A stretch of 64,000 nucleotides of DNA from an uncultured Pseudomonadota bacterium (GTDB lineage: Bacteria; Pseudomonadota; Gammaproteobacteria; Ga0077536). Shown here in pieces: positions 26,811-36,931 of the stretch. The notes beneath the pieces were generated by a model. That model was not told the DNA's origin and searched no databases. It saw only the letters and a list, made by a program, of their open reading frames with translations. The stretch covers positions 137,371 to 201,370 of the forward strand of contig CACJXQ010000001.1 of the NCBI GenBank assembly GCA_902597385.1, given 5' to 3'. Every line of letters starts with the position of its first letter. Within the stretch, counting starts at the first letter, position 1. Made by a program: the position numbers and the translations under genes.

Positions 26811-27899
26811 TCAGTTCAAATTTTGAGCTTCTGCAACGGGTTTGCACGTTATAGATCCTTTATGAATGTTGATTCCAGAGTGGAGTGGGTGGTTGGTAGA
26901 TTGCGCTATTTTTTCTGCTCCATCTTTGGCTAAAAGTTTGAGATAGGGTAAAGTGGCCAGCTCGAGACAGCGGGTAGAGGTTCTAGGAACAGCGCTTGGT
27001 ATATTGGCTACGCAATAATGCAAAACCTCTTCTTCGACGTAAACGGGATTGTCGTGATCGGTTGGCTTAGAGGTTTCAAAACAGCCCCCTTGATCAATGG
27101 CTATATCAACAAGTAATGATCTTTTTTTCATAGAGGGCAACATTTCACGATTAATTAGTTTTGGTGCAGATGCACCTGGGATTAACACTGCGCCAATTAC
27201 AACCTCTGCGTCGTAAATTTCCTCGTGGAAAGCCTCTTCCTCAGGGAGTACACAACTTGCTTGTCCTTTGAAAATTTTCCTAAGCTCTCCGAGACGCTTT
27301 TCAGATTTGTCGAAAATCACAACTTCTGCGCCGAGACCGAGCGCAACCTTTGCAGCACTTTCCCCCGCGGTTCCACCTCCTATGACCACGACTTTGCCTT
27401 GACTAAGGCCATCCTCTCCTCCAAGTAATATTCCCCTGCCGCCGAGGGGGCTTTGTAAATAATAAGTGGCTGTCTGCATCGCCACACGACCCGCTATTTT
27501 ACTCATCGGAATAAGCATAGGTAACTCATTTCCTATTGAGACAGTTTCATAGGCGATCGCTGTTGCTTTAGATCGGCAGAGAGATTTGGTCTGCTCAGGG
27601 AAAGCAGCAAGATGCAAGTAACAAAAAATAGTTTGCTTCTCTCCCAGTAATTCGCATTCCACTAACGAAGGTTCTTTTACTTTTATAAGGAGCTCCGATT
27701 GTTTGAAAACTTCTTCTGCATTAGAGACTAACATCGCACCAGCATCTTCGTAATCGCTATTTTTGATACCCACGGATTTACCTGCATCTTTTTCGACAAA
27801 TATTTCGTGATTGTCTCGGAGCAATTCTGCTACTCCAGTATGAGTTATCGCTACCCTATGCTCACCTACTTTTGTCTCCTTCAGTAATCCGATTCGCAT
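26811..27899 (-). CDS. ald: Alanine dehydrogenase
   Basis: 362 aa. MRIGLLKETKVGEHRVAITHTGVAEL N-terminus, NAD motif VIGGGTAGESAA. Full-length AlaDH/PNT architecture. Confidence 0.85.
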   Translation of the reverse strand: MRIGLLKETKVGEHRVAITHTGVAELLRDNHEIFVEKDAGKSVGIKNSDYEDAGAMLVSNAEEVFKQSELLIKVKEPSLVECELLGEKQTIFCYLHLAAFPEQTKSLCRSKATAIAYETVSIGNELPMLIPMSKIAGRVAMQTATYYLQSPLGGRGILLGGEDGLSQGKVVVIGGGTAGESAAKVALGLGAEVVIFDKSEKRLGELRKIFKGQASCVLPEEEAFHEEIYDAEVVIGAVLIPGASAPKLINREMLPSMKKRSLLVDIAIDQGGCFETSKPTDHDNPVYVEEEVLHYCVANIPSAVPRTSTRCLELATLPYLKLLAKDGAEKIAQSTNHPLHSGINIHKGSITCKPVAEAQNLN

Positions 27900-28195
27900 G
27901 TTGGTAGTCTCCTATTGTTCTGTTTGGCTTCGTTGAGTCAGCCGCCTGCACTACTCATAGCAGATATTAACAAAAATACGAGCGATACCACGAGGAAAAT
28001 CTTAAAAGCATAGTCAGAGAAGAAGGACTGCTGGGCTGATATCTGGGAAAATATAATGGTTTTCTAGCGATTAGTTTGTCCTCTGGAAGTCTTCAATAGA
28101 GACGCGTGGTTATTTTTCTGAATATTACTTAGGTTAGTTTTAAAAACTGCAACATTTGTGGTGACTAGTCTTTTTGTGTTGTGATCTCGAAATGT

Positions 28196-29398
28196 CTAGA
28201 AAGGGTTTTGAGTTTCCATTCCTAAAGTTAATCGACCCAGCTGCTCAGTTATTCTGTCAATATGACCATTAATGTGTAAGGGCATTGCTTGGAAGTCACG
28301 GTAACGACGTTCGAAGTTAGTTCCTTCTCTTAGCCCGTTTCCTCCTATGGTTCTCAAAATTAACTTAAGAGATTCGTCACAGAGCTGAACGGCCTGCATT
28401 CCGCCTGCGCATTGCCTAAAGTAATCCCCTTCGGTCGGGATTACTCCTCTCTCAATACGTGCGTCGGTTTCTTTCAAAGCCGCATACACTGTATCGGTAG
28501 CAGCGTTCAAAAGTGATCGTATTTTTCCAAGGTTTACATGGATTGTCGATTTTTCGCCCATCTTGGTTCCAAAAATAGCTATCCGGTCCTTGATATTATT
28601 TGTGGCTTCTTCGAACGCAGCCTCAACTAATCCAGTAGCCATTGCCCCTAGCCACATAACGGATATTGCCACCCAATCTTCTCGATAACGATGGTGAATC
28701 ATTTCTGTAGCGGGGTTTCTAAAATGTTCGCGATATTTGAAGGGCCAGGGTACCACCAAACCAGTAGGTATCAATGTCTTTTTGTAATGAATATGGTCTG
28801 TCGCAGACGCTCTTAAACTCATTGCTTCCCAGGTTTCTTCTATTCTCACTCCAGGAAGTCTCAAGTCTGCAAAAGCAAATTGTGGCGATTTCGACGAATC
28901 ATCGTTAAAGACCACGCCAGCCCATTCGGCATAACGAGCGCCTGAACCAAATGAGGCGATACCATTTAACTCCACAGAGCCTTGTTCTTTCTGTGAACCA
29001 TTTACTTTTGTAGCCGCTCCAGCCGGAAAGCATACCCATTCATGTTTGGCTACTATTTCTCCAAGCAAATTAATATTGTCTTTGCCTAATAACCCAGCAA
29101 AATGATGGAAAGTACACAGATGGTTCCAAAGACACCAAGCGGTTGAGGTACACCGTCCCGCGATTGCTCGTAATTCGTTTCCAATATTGACGGTGGTTTC
29201 ATTTATGCCCGATATTTCTGGACTCGCCGAAAGTCTCATAACATCGTTTTTTTTAATAGCCGTAATTAAACCCTCATCTATCGACCTCGTGGCGTCAGCA
29301 GTCTCTGCTTGTTTCTGAATGTCGTTTAGTAGCGGCCCAATATATTTAGGTTCATTCCAAATGCGGCCTTCTTGGGAAAAAATTGTAGTAGAGTCCAT
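28196..29398 (-). CDS. Acyl-CoA dehydrogenase-fold flavoprotein (group D flavin monooxygenase-like)
   Basis: 400 aa. ACAD-like three-domain pattern with C-terminal RRYRDFQAMPLH helix bundle. Preceded by a VOC gene. Confidence 0.6.
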   Translation of the reverse strand: MDSTTIFSQEGRIWNEPKYIGPLLNDIQKQAETADATRSIDEGLITAIKKNDVMRLSASPEISGINETTVNIGNELRAIAGRCTSTAWCLWNHLCTFHHFAGLLGKDNINLLGEIVAKHEWVCFPAGAATKVNGSQKEQGSVELNGIASFGSGARYAEWAGVVFNDDSSKSPQFAFADLRLPGVRIEETWEAMSLRASATDHIHYKKTLIPTGLVVPWPFKYREHFRNPATEMIHHRYREDWVAISVMWLGAMATGLVEAAFEEATNNIKDRIAIFGTKMGEKSTIHVNLGKIRSLLNAATDTVYAALKETDARIERGVIPTEGDYFRQCAGGMQAVQLCDESLKLILRTIGGNGLREGTNFERRYRDFQAMPLHINGHIDRITEQLGRLTLGMETQNPF

Positions 29399-29432
29399 AT
29401 CGGAATCCTCATTTGAATGTTATGTGAATATT

Positions 29433-30110
29433 TCATCTATTGACGTGAGCAACCTCAATCCAATTTCCGTCAGGATCAGTCACAAATCCTAGCCTTGCAA
29501 TTGAACCATAATCAATGGCCGGTATCGCAATCTTACCGCCCCTGCCCGCTATCTTTTCAAGAGCCGAATCAGCATCCGTTACATGTAGAGTGAGATATCT
29601 AAACCCAGTTCCCACAAAAGTAGAGGTTTCCGTTCCACTTTTTCCGTCCTCTATAAAAATCAGTGTCTCTCCAGCTGCAACTTTTCTGTTACCAAGCGAC
29701 TGGAATTGCATTACTTCTGTATAGAAATCTACTAACCGGTCAGTATTTTCTGATGTAACGGTGACTCCTAGTCCTGTCAGGCCGAGATGGCCTTTAGGCG
29801 CCAAAGTGATAGTTTCTCCAGAGATAACTTCAAAAGATGATGGTGCTCTTACATTCCCAGCTATAAGAAGACTGCTGTAACCTGAGGGCCCCTCACTCCT
29901 CTGTGGAAGGTCGCTTTGGTAATCATTTACTTTTATGATCGAATCTTGCACCTTGTAACGATACTGAATCGTCGGGTGCGCGACTATGCCCTCTCCTAAT
30001 TCTAGTGTTCCCTGGAATTCTAATTGAAGTTTATTACCCCAAAAGTCTCGGTCGGCTTCTAATTCTGTACAAAAAAAACCTACATCAAGTGATTTTTTTC
30101 TTAGTTTCAT
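29433..30110 (-). CDS. VOC (glyoxalase/bleomycin-resistance/dioxygenase) family protein, two-domain
   Basis: 225 aa. C-terminal GFRYLTLHVTD...GFVTDPDGNWIEV motif. Confidence 0.6.
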   Translation of the reverse strand: MKLRKKSLDVGFFCTELEADRDFWGNKLQLEFQGTLELGEGIVAHPTIQYRYKVQDSIIKVNDYQSDLPQRSEGPSGYSSLLIAGNVRAPSSFEVISGETITLAPKGHLGLTGLGVTVTSENTDRLVDFYTEVMQFQSLGNRKVAAGETLIFIEDGKSGTETSTFVGTGFRYLTLHVTDADSALEKIAGRGGKIAIPAIDYGSIARLGFVTDPDGNWIEVAHVNR

Positions 30111-30200
30111 TGGTATGCCCTTATGTTTTAAGGTCCAGTATAGATAGAAATATAACTTGTAGAAGGAGATAAATCTAAGGGTTTATGCTATATAGCTTGT

Positions 30201-30638
30201 GTGTACACGTCCTTTTCTATGGTATCCATAATGAAGTTAATTTTGTTCAATTTATCACTATTACTTGTTCTTTCGGCTACGGCAGAGATTTTCGAAGATA
30301 AAGATCTAATAGAGTATTCGGGCCGCAAGTATGCGCCGGTCGCTGGGTTGGTGGTGAAAAAGAACGAGAGCGGACAGATTGTGGAGAAAACTTTCTATAA
30401 GGATGGTCTCAAGAACGGGTTGACAGAGTCTTTTCATACGACTGGCCAACCTAGTGTGGTAGGAGAATTCTTGATGAATGAACGAGAGAGTCTTTGGTCT
30501 TGGTATAGAGCTGACGGCTCTCTCCAAAGAGAAGGTCAATATGCCAAGGGGCTATGGGAAGGAGAATGGCAGTGGTATGACGAGGCAGGAACGCTAACTA
30601 TGAAGAAAAAATATCGAAATGGAAAGGAGGAGCAGTAG
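30201..30638 (+). CDS. MORN-variant repeat protein (YwqK-like), exported
   Basis: Signal peptide followed by repeated G-x-W/Y-x-DG units (YKDGLKNGLTESFH, EGQYAKGLWEGEWQWYDEAG). Confidence 0.6.
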   Translation: MYTSFSMVSIMKLILFNLSLLLVLSATAEIFEDKDLIEYSGRKYAPVAGLVVKKNESGQIVEKTFYKDGLKNGLTESFHTTGQPSVVGEFLMNERESLWSWYRADGSLQREGQYAKGLWEGEWQWYDEAGTLTMKKKYRNGKEEQ

Positions 30639-30639
30639 A

Positions 30640-31371
30640 TTATTTTTTCGTGCCTATTCTTGGGAAAAGCATAGGTACCTTTTTCTGGTATTCCTGGTAG
30701 TCATTTTTAAATTGACTTACCAAGTCGCGTTCTTCTAGTAGAGCTCCAACTACACTATATCCTGTGGCACCCACGGCAAAAAGCAAATGGGCTGCAGTCA
30801 TCGTTGGAGTGGCCCAAAATGCTACAGCGAACCCAAAATATATTGGGTGTCTCACATACTTGTAAAATAAAGGGGTTCGAAATGGAATGCTTTCCATCCT
30901 TTTACCTCGGAAATTGCAATAGACTTGTTTAAGACCGAATAACTCAAAATGATCGAGTAGGAAGGTGCTTATGAGAACTATCAGCCATCCTATCGCGCAA
31001 ATTGCCCATATGACCGGTACATAGGGTTCAGCTGAGACGTCCCAAACTATGATGTTTACCGGTTTCCAGAAATAGATTAAGGCGATTAAAGCAACGTTTG
31101 TCGCCATGACATAGGTGCTTCGCTCAATGACATCCGGAATGAGTGAGGTCCACCATAATTTGAACTTTTGCCTAGCCATTATACTGTGCTGCAAGGCAAA
31201 AATTCCTAAAAGCCCTATATTGGTCGCTGTGGCGGTAAGCCAATACACGTCGGTGCCGCTATCCATGGTCTTTGGTACTAGAAAATTGCCTACAAACCCT
31301 ATCGTGTATAGGAATACTAGTAAAAATGTGAGATAACAGAAAAGTCCATATAGTAAAAATAGCGTTTTCAT
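30640..31371 (-). CDS. ICMT/PEMT-family membrane methyltransferase (MddA-like methanethiol S-methyltransferase candidate)
   Basis: 243 aa with at least 5 TM helices. C-terminal RHPIYFGFAVAFWATPTMTAAHLLFAVG...EERDL...YQEYQKKVPMLFP. Confidence 0.6.
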   Translation of the reverse strand: MKTLFLLYGLFCYLTFLLVFLYTIGFVGNFLVPKTMDSGTDVYWLTATATNIGLLGIFALQHSIMARQKFKLWWTSLIPDVIERSTYVMATNVALIALIYFWKPVNIIVWDVSAEPYVPVIWAICAIGWLIVLISTFLLDHFELFGLKQVYCNFRGKRMESIPFRTPLFYKYVRHPIYFGFAVAFWATPTMTAAHLLFAVGATGYSVVGALLEERDLVSQFKNDYQEYQKKVPMLFPRIGTKK

Positions 31372-31586
31372 GTGCTCCTCCCCCTGAATACCACTCTAAT
31401 ATTAGAAATTACAGCAATTACTTGACTGCTTTACAGTAAAAACTTTGTTTTTACTCAACTAAAATTTGTTAAAATCTCCAAGTAATGGTTATTAAACATA
31501 CTAGTGCTCAGCATTTTTGTAAATGCGATGTATTTTGGGCACTATGGTTTACCCGTTAATGCTAAATAATTGAAGAAGCAACATCG

Positions 31587-32108
31587 ATGGAATATTACGC
31601 AGATAGAGTTAAGTTTGTAATTCTCGAAGCCGCTTGGCCTCTTTTTACGATAACCATTTTAACTTTGATGGTCACGCTAGTAGAGGCTGGAGAATATGAG
31701 GAAGGGCTGGCTGCAGTGAAGAAAGAGGATTATCAAACTGCGTTTGCTAAGTGGAAACCACTAGCAGAAAAAGGTAACTCCGATGCGCAGTTTGGACTTG
31801 GCTATATGTATCTGCAAGGGCAAGGGGTAGTGTTAAATTACAAGAAGGCCATGAGATGGTTTCGCATGGCCGCAGAACAAGGCGATCCTGATGCGCAAAA
31901 TAACTTAGGTCTGATGTATGCAGTAGGCACGGGTGTGTTGGAAGACCCAATATATGCCCTAATGTGGTTTGAGCTAGCTGCTGCGAATGGTTCGGAGGGA
32001 GCTAAGAAAAACATTATTGCCTCTGAAAAAAATCTTTCACAGTCGGATTTATCTGTCGCTCGCAAAATGGCGGCCGAATGCACTCAAAAAAAACATAAAG
32101 ATTGCTAA
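31587..32108 (+). CDS. Sel1-like (SLR/TPR) repeat protein
   Basis: TM/signal anchor, then three repeats GNSDAQFGLGYMYLQGQGV / GDPDAQNNLGLMYAVGTGV / NGSEGAKKN. Confidence 0.8.
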   Translation: MEYYADRVKFVILEAAWPLFTITILTLMVTLVEAGEYEEGLAAVKKEDYQTAFAKWKPLAEKGNSDAQFGLGYMYLQGQGVVLNYKKAMRWFRMAAEQGDPDAQNNLGLMYAVGTGVLEDPIYALMWFELAAANGSEGAKKNIIASEKNLSQSDLSVARKMAAECTQKKHKDC

Positions 32109-32149
32109 ATTAATTCCACTTAAAACTCACAGATAGGCAAGCACTAAAG

Positions 32150-32923
32150 ATGTTCATTATTGAAGATTTGCTAAAAGAGCTAATCAATATCTCCTCTATT
32201 GTTGAAGTTGGAAAAGACGAAGATTTTGATTTTACAAGGGATAATGAAGCATTTGTAATTGAGTCTGGAAATATACTCTCTTTTGCTGATAAAAAGTCTG
32301 TGGTCGGTGTGAGAGCTACTCAAACATTCGGTCCCTTTGATCCTATTGGTTTTGCTGAGGTCATCGGTGCTAAAGAAAAAACAACCTCCTTTAAGCCGTT
32401 AACCGATCTGCGACTTCATAAGTTTTCAGCCTCGGTAATTAAAACTAAAATTGGTGTCAGTAATATCCTAGCTGAAAGTATAATAAAATATAGTATTGGT
32501 AGAATATTTTCGCATAGGAAGACTGGCGGAAATATCCTCTTAGAAGACAAATTTATATACAGTAACTATAAGTCATTGGGACAATTTAATGTTCCCGAGG
32601 GCGAGTTTATTTTTAAAGTCGGAGAACAAGCGGAGGTAATGTATTTCATTGAAAAAGGAGGGGTTGAAATAGTTACTGGTAATGGTAAGCCGATAGCAAG
32701 ATTGATAGCGGGCGATTGTTTCGGTGAGGCAGCATTAATTAAAGAACGTGCCAGAAACTTCAGTGCGAGAGCTGTGCGACCGACTAGGCTGGTTTTAATT
32801 GAGCGAGAGGTTGTAAAAAAAGAATTGGAGCGAGAGCACGCATTAGTGAGATTAGCGGTGATTTTACTTCTAAAACGACTAGATCTCACGAACAAGTTAA
32901 ACCTTATACAGACCGAAAGCTAA
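32150..32923 (+). CDS. Cyclic nucleotide-binding domain protein without DNA-binding domain
   Basis: cNMP-binding cassette at aa ~140-235 (FKVGEQAEVMYFIEKG...GDCFGEAALI...RSARAV-type). No HTH follows it. Confidence 0.7.
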   Translation: MFIIEDLLKELINISSIVEVGKDEDFDFTRDNEAFVIESGNILSFADKKSVVGVRATQTFGPFDPIGFAEVIGAKEKTTSFKPLTDLRLHKFSASVIKTKIGVSNILAESIIKYSIGRIFSHRKTGGNILLEDKFIYSNYKSLGQFNVPEGEFIFKVGEQAEVMYFIEKGGVEIVTGNGKPIARLIAGDCFGEAALIKERARNFSARAVRPTRLVLIEREVVKKELEREHALVRLAVILLLKRLDLTNKLNLIQTES

Positions 32924-32996
32924 ATAGTTAAAGAACGAAAAGAAGTTATGAAATTCATCACGAGCCTTCTATCTTGAGGAGCACAGTAAAGCTTAT

Positions 32997-33740
32997 ATGG
33001 ATATTGTTTTTAGAAGAAGACTTTTAGAAAAGAAAGTTTTGAACGGAATCATGTTGACGGTTGGGGAACAGGCTATCGTGGAAGCATTGAGCCAAGTAGG
33101 TTTTGATTGGCTCTTTGTGGAAACCGAGCACGCGCCAAATTTGGCTGATCGGCTTAATAAAATTGTTCTAGCTGCGGGAGAAGTTCCCTGCTTAGTAAGG
33201 TTATCCAGAAATGACGAAATCTCGGTGAAAAGAGCGTTGGATGCAGGAGCGGCAGGAGTCATAGCGCCCCGTGTTAGCTCAGCGGAAGTTTGTGAAGATA
33301 TCGTTAGGTTCGCAAAATTTCCACCCGAGGGAGTGCGAGGAATTGGTGTGAGCAGAGCCAATCAATACGGCAATAACATAGATTCCTACTTAAGCAACGC
33401 GAACGGTGGGGTGTCTGTCGTAATTCAAATCGAAGATAAAGCTGGCGTGGATAATTTAGAAAGTATTCTGCAGGTGGAAGGTTTAGATTCCGTGTTTGTT
33501 GGTCCCTATGATCTCTCGGCAAGTATTGGAAGAACGGGTGATTTGAAACACCCAGAAGTTCAGGCGTTGATTGACTATGTACGAAAAAAATGTATCGAGG
33601 TCGATAAACCAGTTGGTATTTTTGAGCCCGACATAGAGGCGGCACGTAGGCGGATAGAGCAAGGATTCTCTCTGATCACCATTTCTACCGATATCTCCTG
33701 TATAATCCATCAAACCAAAACGATGCTCCAAAGTATTTGA
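32997..33740 (+). CDS. HpcH/HpaI family aldolase
   Basis: 247 aa. VETEHAP, VRLSRND, QIEDKAGVDNLESIL, VGPYDLSASIG motifs. Confidence 0.8.
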   Translation: MDIVFRRRLLEKKVLNGIMLTVGEQAIVEALSQVGFDWLFVETEHAPNLADRLNKIVLAAGEVPCLVRLSRNDEISVKRALDAGAAGVIAPRVSSAEVCEDIVRFAKFPPEGVRGIGVSRANQYGNNIDSYLSNANGGVSVVIQIEDKAGVDNLESILQVEGLDSVFVGPYDLSASIGRTGDLKHPEVQALIDYVRKKCIEVDKPVGIFEPDIEAARRRIEQGFSLITISTDISCIIHQTKTMLQSI

Positions 33741-33858
33741 AGTTACCTTTAAAGAGGGCACTTATTGGCCCTTTGAAATTCGATGTTCCTCTATAAAATG
33801 AGAGTTGATTGGGACTCTCTGAGCATTTTGAAAATCTGAAAAAATACTGAGAAAACGA

Positions 33859-35676
33859 ATGAAAGTGGAAGATCTGAGAAACATTGCGATTGTAGCCCAT
33901 GTGGATCATGGGAAGACGACTTTAGTTAGCGAACTGCTCTGGCAGTCAGGTTTCCAGTCCGACGAGAAGAGTACTCACCTTTTAGATAGTAATGCTTTGG
34001 AAAAAGAGAGAGGAATAACGATTCTTGCTAAAAATACAGCTCTGACCTGGAAGGGTGTGAAAATAAATATGGTTGATACCCCAGGCCATGCGGATTTTAG
34101 TGGTGAAATAGAGCGTATCTTGTCCATGGTAGATTCGGTTTTGGTCTTAGTAGATGCGGTGGAGGGGCCGATGCCGCAGACACGCTTTGTGACAGAGATG
34201 GCTTTGTCAAATGGTTTGTCTCCGATTGTAGTTATAAATAAATGTGATCGGCCTGCCGCTCGGCCCTCCTGGGTCCTAGATAAAACCTTCGATCTTTTTG
34301 AACAGCTGGGCGCTACAGATTCTCAACTAGATTTTCCAACAGTCTATTGTTCTGCCACTGAGGGGTACGCAAGGTTGGATCCTCTCCACAAAAATGAAGA
34401 CATGGCCTGTCTCTTAGATGGTATTCTTGAATATGTCTCTCCGCCTCACGTTGAGGAAGGTCCATTCCAAATGCAGATAAGTGCCCTTGATCACTCGGAC
34501 TATGTTGGAACTATTGGTATCGGAAAAGTTGTAAGAGGCGACCTAGAGAAAGGAACTAGGGTAGAGGTATTAAGCTTTGACGGTAAATCTAGGAGCTCAA
34601 AAGTCAATGAAATATTTGGGTATGAAGGTTTGAATAGAGTGGCAATCGATAAGGCTTTAACTGGGGATATAGTGGCCATCACGGGACTAACCGAATTAAA
34701 AATATCGGATACCGTCTGTGATATGAATTTCCCAGAGCGCCTTCCCGGGTTAAAAGTTGAAGAGCCGACCATAACTGTTTCAATGGATGTTTCTGATTCC
34801 CCCTTTGCATCAGTAGAAGGCGATTTCGTTACCAGTCGACAAATTCTGGAACGTTTACAGCGTGAAGTGGTTCATAATGTGGCACTAAGAATGACAACTG
34901 TTAGCGATTCATCGGCCATCCTGGTTTCCGGTAGGGGGGAACTACATCTTTCAGTTTTATTTGAAACTATGAGGAGAGAAGGGTTCTCATTTTGCGTTGG
35001 ACGGCCGCAAGCAATTGTTCGGACTATAGATGGAGAAGCCAGTGAGCCTTATGAAGTCTTAGTAGCTGATGTTCCGCAAGAATTTCAGGGCCGGGTTATG
35101 GAGCAACTGGGTAACCGAGGTGGTAGGGTGCAGGATATAGGAACGAGTGGAGGTGGCGATTGCAGACTAGAGTATCTGATTCCTTCGAGAGGCCTCATCG
35201 GTTATAGGACCGAATTCATGACAAGTACAAGCGGGCAGGGCAGGCTTAATGCAAGATTTGAGAAGTATGGACCTATAGAGAAATTACGGAGGAAAAATCG
35301 CAACAATGGTGTTTTAGTCTCAAAAGAAAATGGCAAGTGTTCTGCATTTGCTCTTTTTAATTTGCAAGAGCGAGGAAAAATTATTGTGATGCCTGGAGCT
35401 GAGATATTCGAAGGGATGATCGTAGGCATTCATTCCCGAGATAATGACTTGGTTGTGAACCCGATAAAAGGGAAGCAATTGACAAATATTAGGGCTGCTT
35501 CGAGTGATGAGAATATCGTTTTGACACCACCCATAGAGTTTACCTTAGAGCAGGCGCTGGAATTTATTGAGGATGATGAGTTGGTAGATGTCACACCAAA
35601 AGCTATACGGTTGAGAAAGAAAATACTTCGTGAATCGGATAGGAAAAGATTAGAGAAAAAACGCGAAACTCTATAA
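33859..35676 (+). CDS. typA: Translational GTPase TypA/BipA
   Basis: G1 [11 protein letters not shown]3 DTPGHADF, G4 NKCDR. 605 aa with EF-G-like domains. Confidence 0.95.
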   Translation: MKVEDLRNIAIVAHVDHGKTTLVSELLWQSGFQSDEKSTHLLDSNALEKERGITILAKNTALTWKGVKINMVDTPGHADFSGEIERILSMVDSVLVLVDAVEGPMPQTRFVTEMALSNGLSPIVVINKCDRPAARPSWVLDKTFDLFEQLGATDSQLDFPTVYCSATEGYARLDPLHKNEDMACLLDGILEYVSPPHVEEGPFQMQISALDHSDYVGTIGIGKVVRGDLEKGTRVEVLSFDGKSRSSKVNEIFGYEGLNRVAIDKALTGDIVAITGLTELKISDTVCDMNFPERLPGLKVEEPTITVSMDVSDSPFASVEGDFVTSRQILERLQREVVHNVALRMTTVSDSSAILVSGRGELHLSVLFETMRREGFSFCVGRPQAIVRTIDGEASEPYEVLVADVPQEFQGRVMEQLGNRGGRVQDIGTSGGGDCRLEYLIPSRGLIGYRTEFMTSTSGQGRLNARFEKYGPIEKLRRKNRNNGVLVSKENGKCSAFALFNLQERGKIIVMPGAEIFEGMIVGIHSRDNDLVVNPIKGKQLTNIRAASSDENIVLTPPIEFTLEQALEFIEDDELVDVTPKAIRLRKKILRESDRKRLEKKRETL

Positions 35677-35701
35677 GTACTTTCTTAAAGATGAATATTT
35701 T

Positions 35702-36931
35702 TTAGTGAAACTCTACAGGCAAACGTTTGAGTACTCTAAAAAAAGAATTCGACCATTCAATTTCGTTTTCTCTTAATTTTATATTTGGCGCCTTGGATAG
35801 AAATTGCCCTATCGCTGCTATTCCCTCCGCCTTGGCAAACTGGTTTCCCAGACAAAAATGAGGGCCGCCGCCAAAGGCTAAATGTTTTATGTCTTTTCGT
35901 GTAATATCAAAATTATTTGGTAAATCAAATCTTTCGGGATCCCTGTTACCTGCGCCTAACATTAGCCAAATTACTGAATCTGCAGGTAGAGTTTTTTCTC
36001 CGATGACGACCGTTTCCCGCGTAACTCGCCAATTAAAAACAACCGGTGCATCGTATCTGAGACATTCGTCGATGGCATTAGGTAAAAAGCTTGGTTGCTC
36101 TTTGAGTATGAGTCTTTGATCGGGGTTTTTGATGAAGGCCATTAGCCCATTCGAAATTAAACCAATGGTGGTTTCATATGCGGCCACTAATAGCCCTATA
36201 GCTTGGATAACTAACTCTCCATCTTTGAGGCGATCCCCTTCTTCTTCAACTTTTATCAGCTCCGAAATTAAATCTTCACCGAGAGCTTTTTTTCTCTGTT
36301 TGACTAATTGCTCGAAATAATCAGCTAGCGCAATTCCAGCTGATCTTACTTTGTGTTTCTCCTCCTCGGGTAGGAAACGAGCCCAAAAAGCTTTAGTTCT
36401 AGCTCCAGCCCATTCTAAGAATAATAATCTATCAGCGTCAGGAATTCCCATAATACGACAAGTCATTCTACTGGGGAGATCAACTGCGAGATCAGAACAA
36501 ATATCCATTCCGCCTGCGGTAAGGCCCTTTTCGATTGCGGTCGCTACTAGTTCATGAATCGTAGTCTCCATCAATTTAACCGCATTTCCAGTAAATGCTT
36601 TAATAACCAGTCTGCGCAATCTGAGATGCTCAGGCCCGTCTAGGTTAAGCATGAAGTTGTTAAAGTCTCCCCTGTTATCCAAAGGATCAAAATTGGGAGA
36701 ACTTCCATCTGCTAAGGTTTGTGCTACTGGAAGATTTTTAAATACGCGATTTATATCTTCGTACCGTGTTAACCGCCAGACACCTATAGGACTCAGGTTC
36801 ACTGGGTCCGTTTCACGAAGGTTTTTTAAACCCGGATAGGGATTTGCCCGAAATTCCGGAGATAGCGGGTTGGAGCCTTGCCAATCTTCATCGGTTAACT
36901 TCATAACCGTTTCAAGTAAGTTATCACTCAT
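35702..36931 (-). CDS. Cytochrome P450
   Basis: Heme-thiolate loop FGGGPHFCLG, I-helix AAYETT, ExxR (ECLR). 409 aa. Confidence 0.9.
   Translation of the reverse strand: MSDNLLETVMKLTDEDWQGSNPLSPEFRANPYPGLKNLRETDPVNLSPIGVWRLTRYEDINRVFKNLPVAQTLADGSSPNFDPLDNRGDFNNFMLNLDGPEHLRLRRLVIKAFTGNAVKLMETTIHELVATAIEKGLTAGGMDICSDLAVDLPSRMTCRIMGIPDADRLLFLEWAGARTKAFWARFLPEEEKHKVRSAGIALADYFEQLVKQRKKALGEDLISELIKVEEEGDRLKDGELVIQAIGLLVAAYETTIGLISNGLMAFIKNPDQRLILKEQPSFLPNAIDECLRYDAPVVFNWRVTRETVVIGEKTLPADSVIWLMLGAGNRDPERFDLPNNFDITRKDIKHLAFGGGPHFCLGNQFAKAEGIAAIGQFLSKAPNIKLRENEIEWSNSFFRVLKRLPVEFH

Noticed and set aside
31435-31455. 9-bp inverted repeat AGTAAAAAC-TTT-GTTTTTACT in the MddA-like/Sel1 divergent region
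   Set aside because: It is almost pure A/T, so chance occurrence is much more likely than for the two GC-containing palindromes. There is no U-tract, and it lies between divergent genes.
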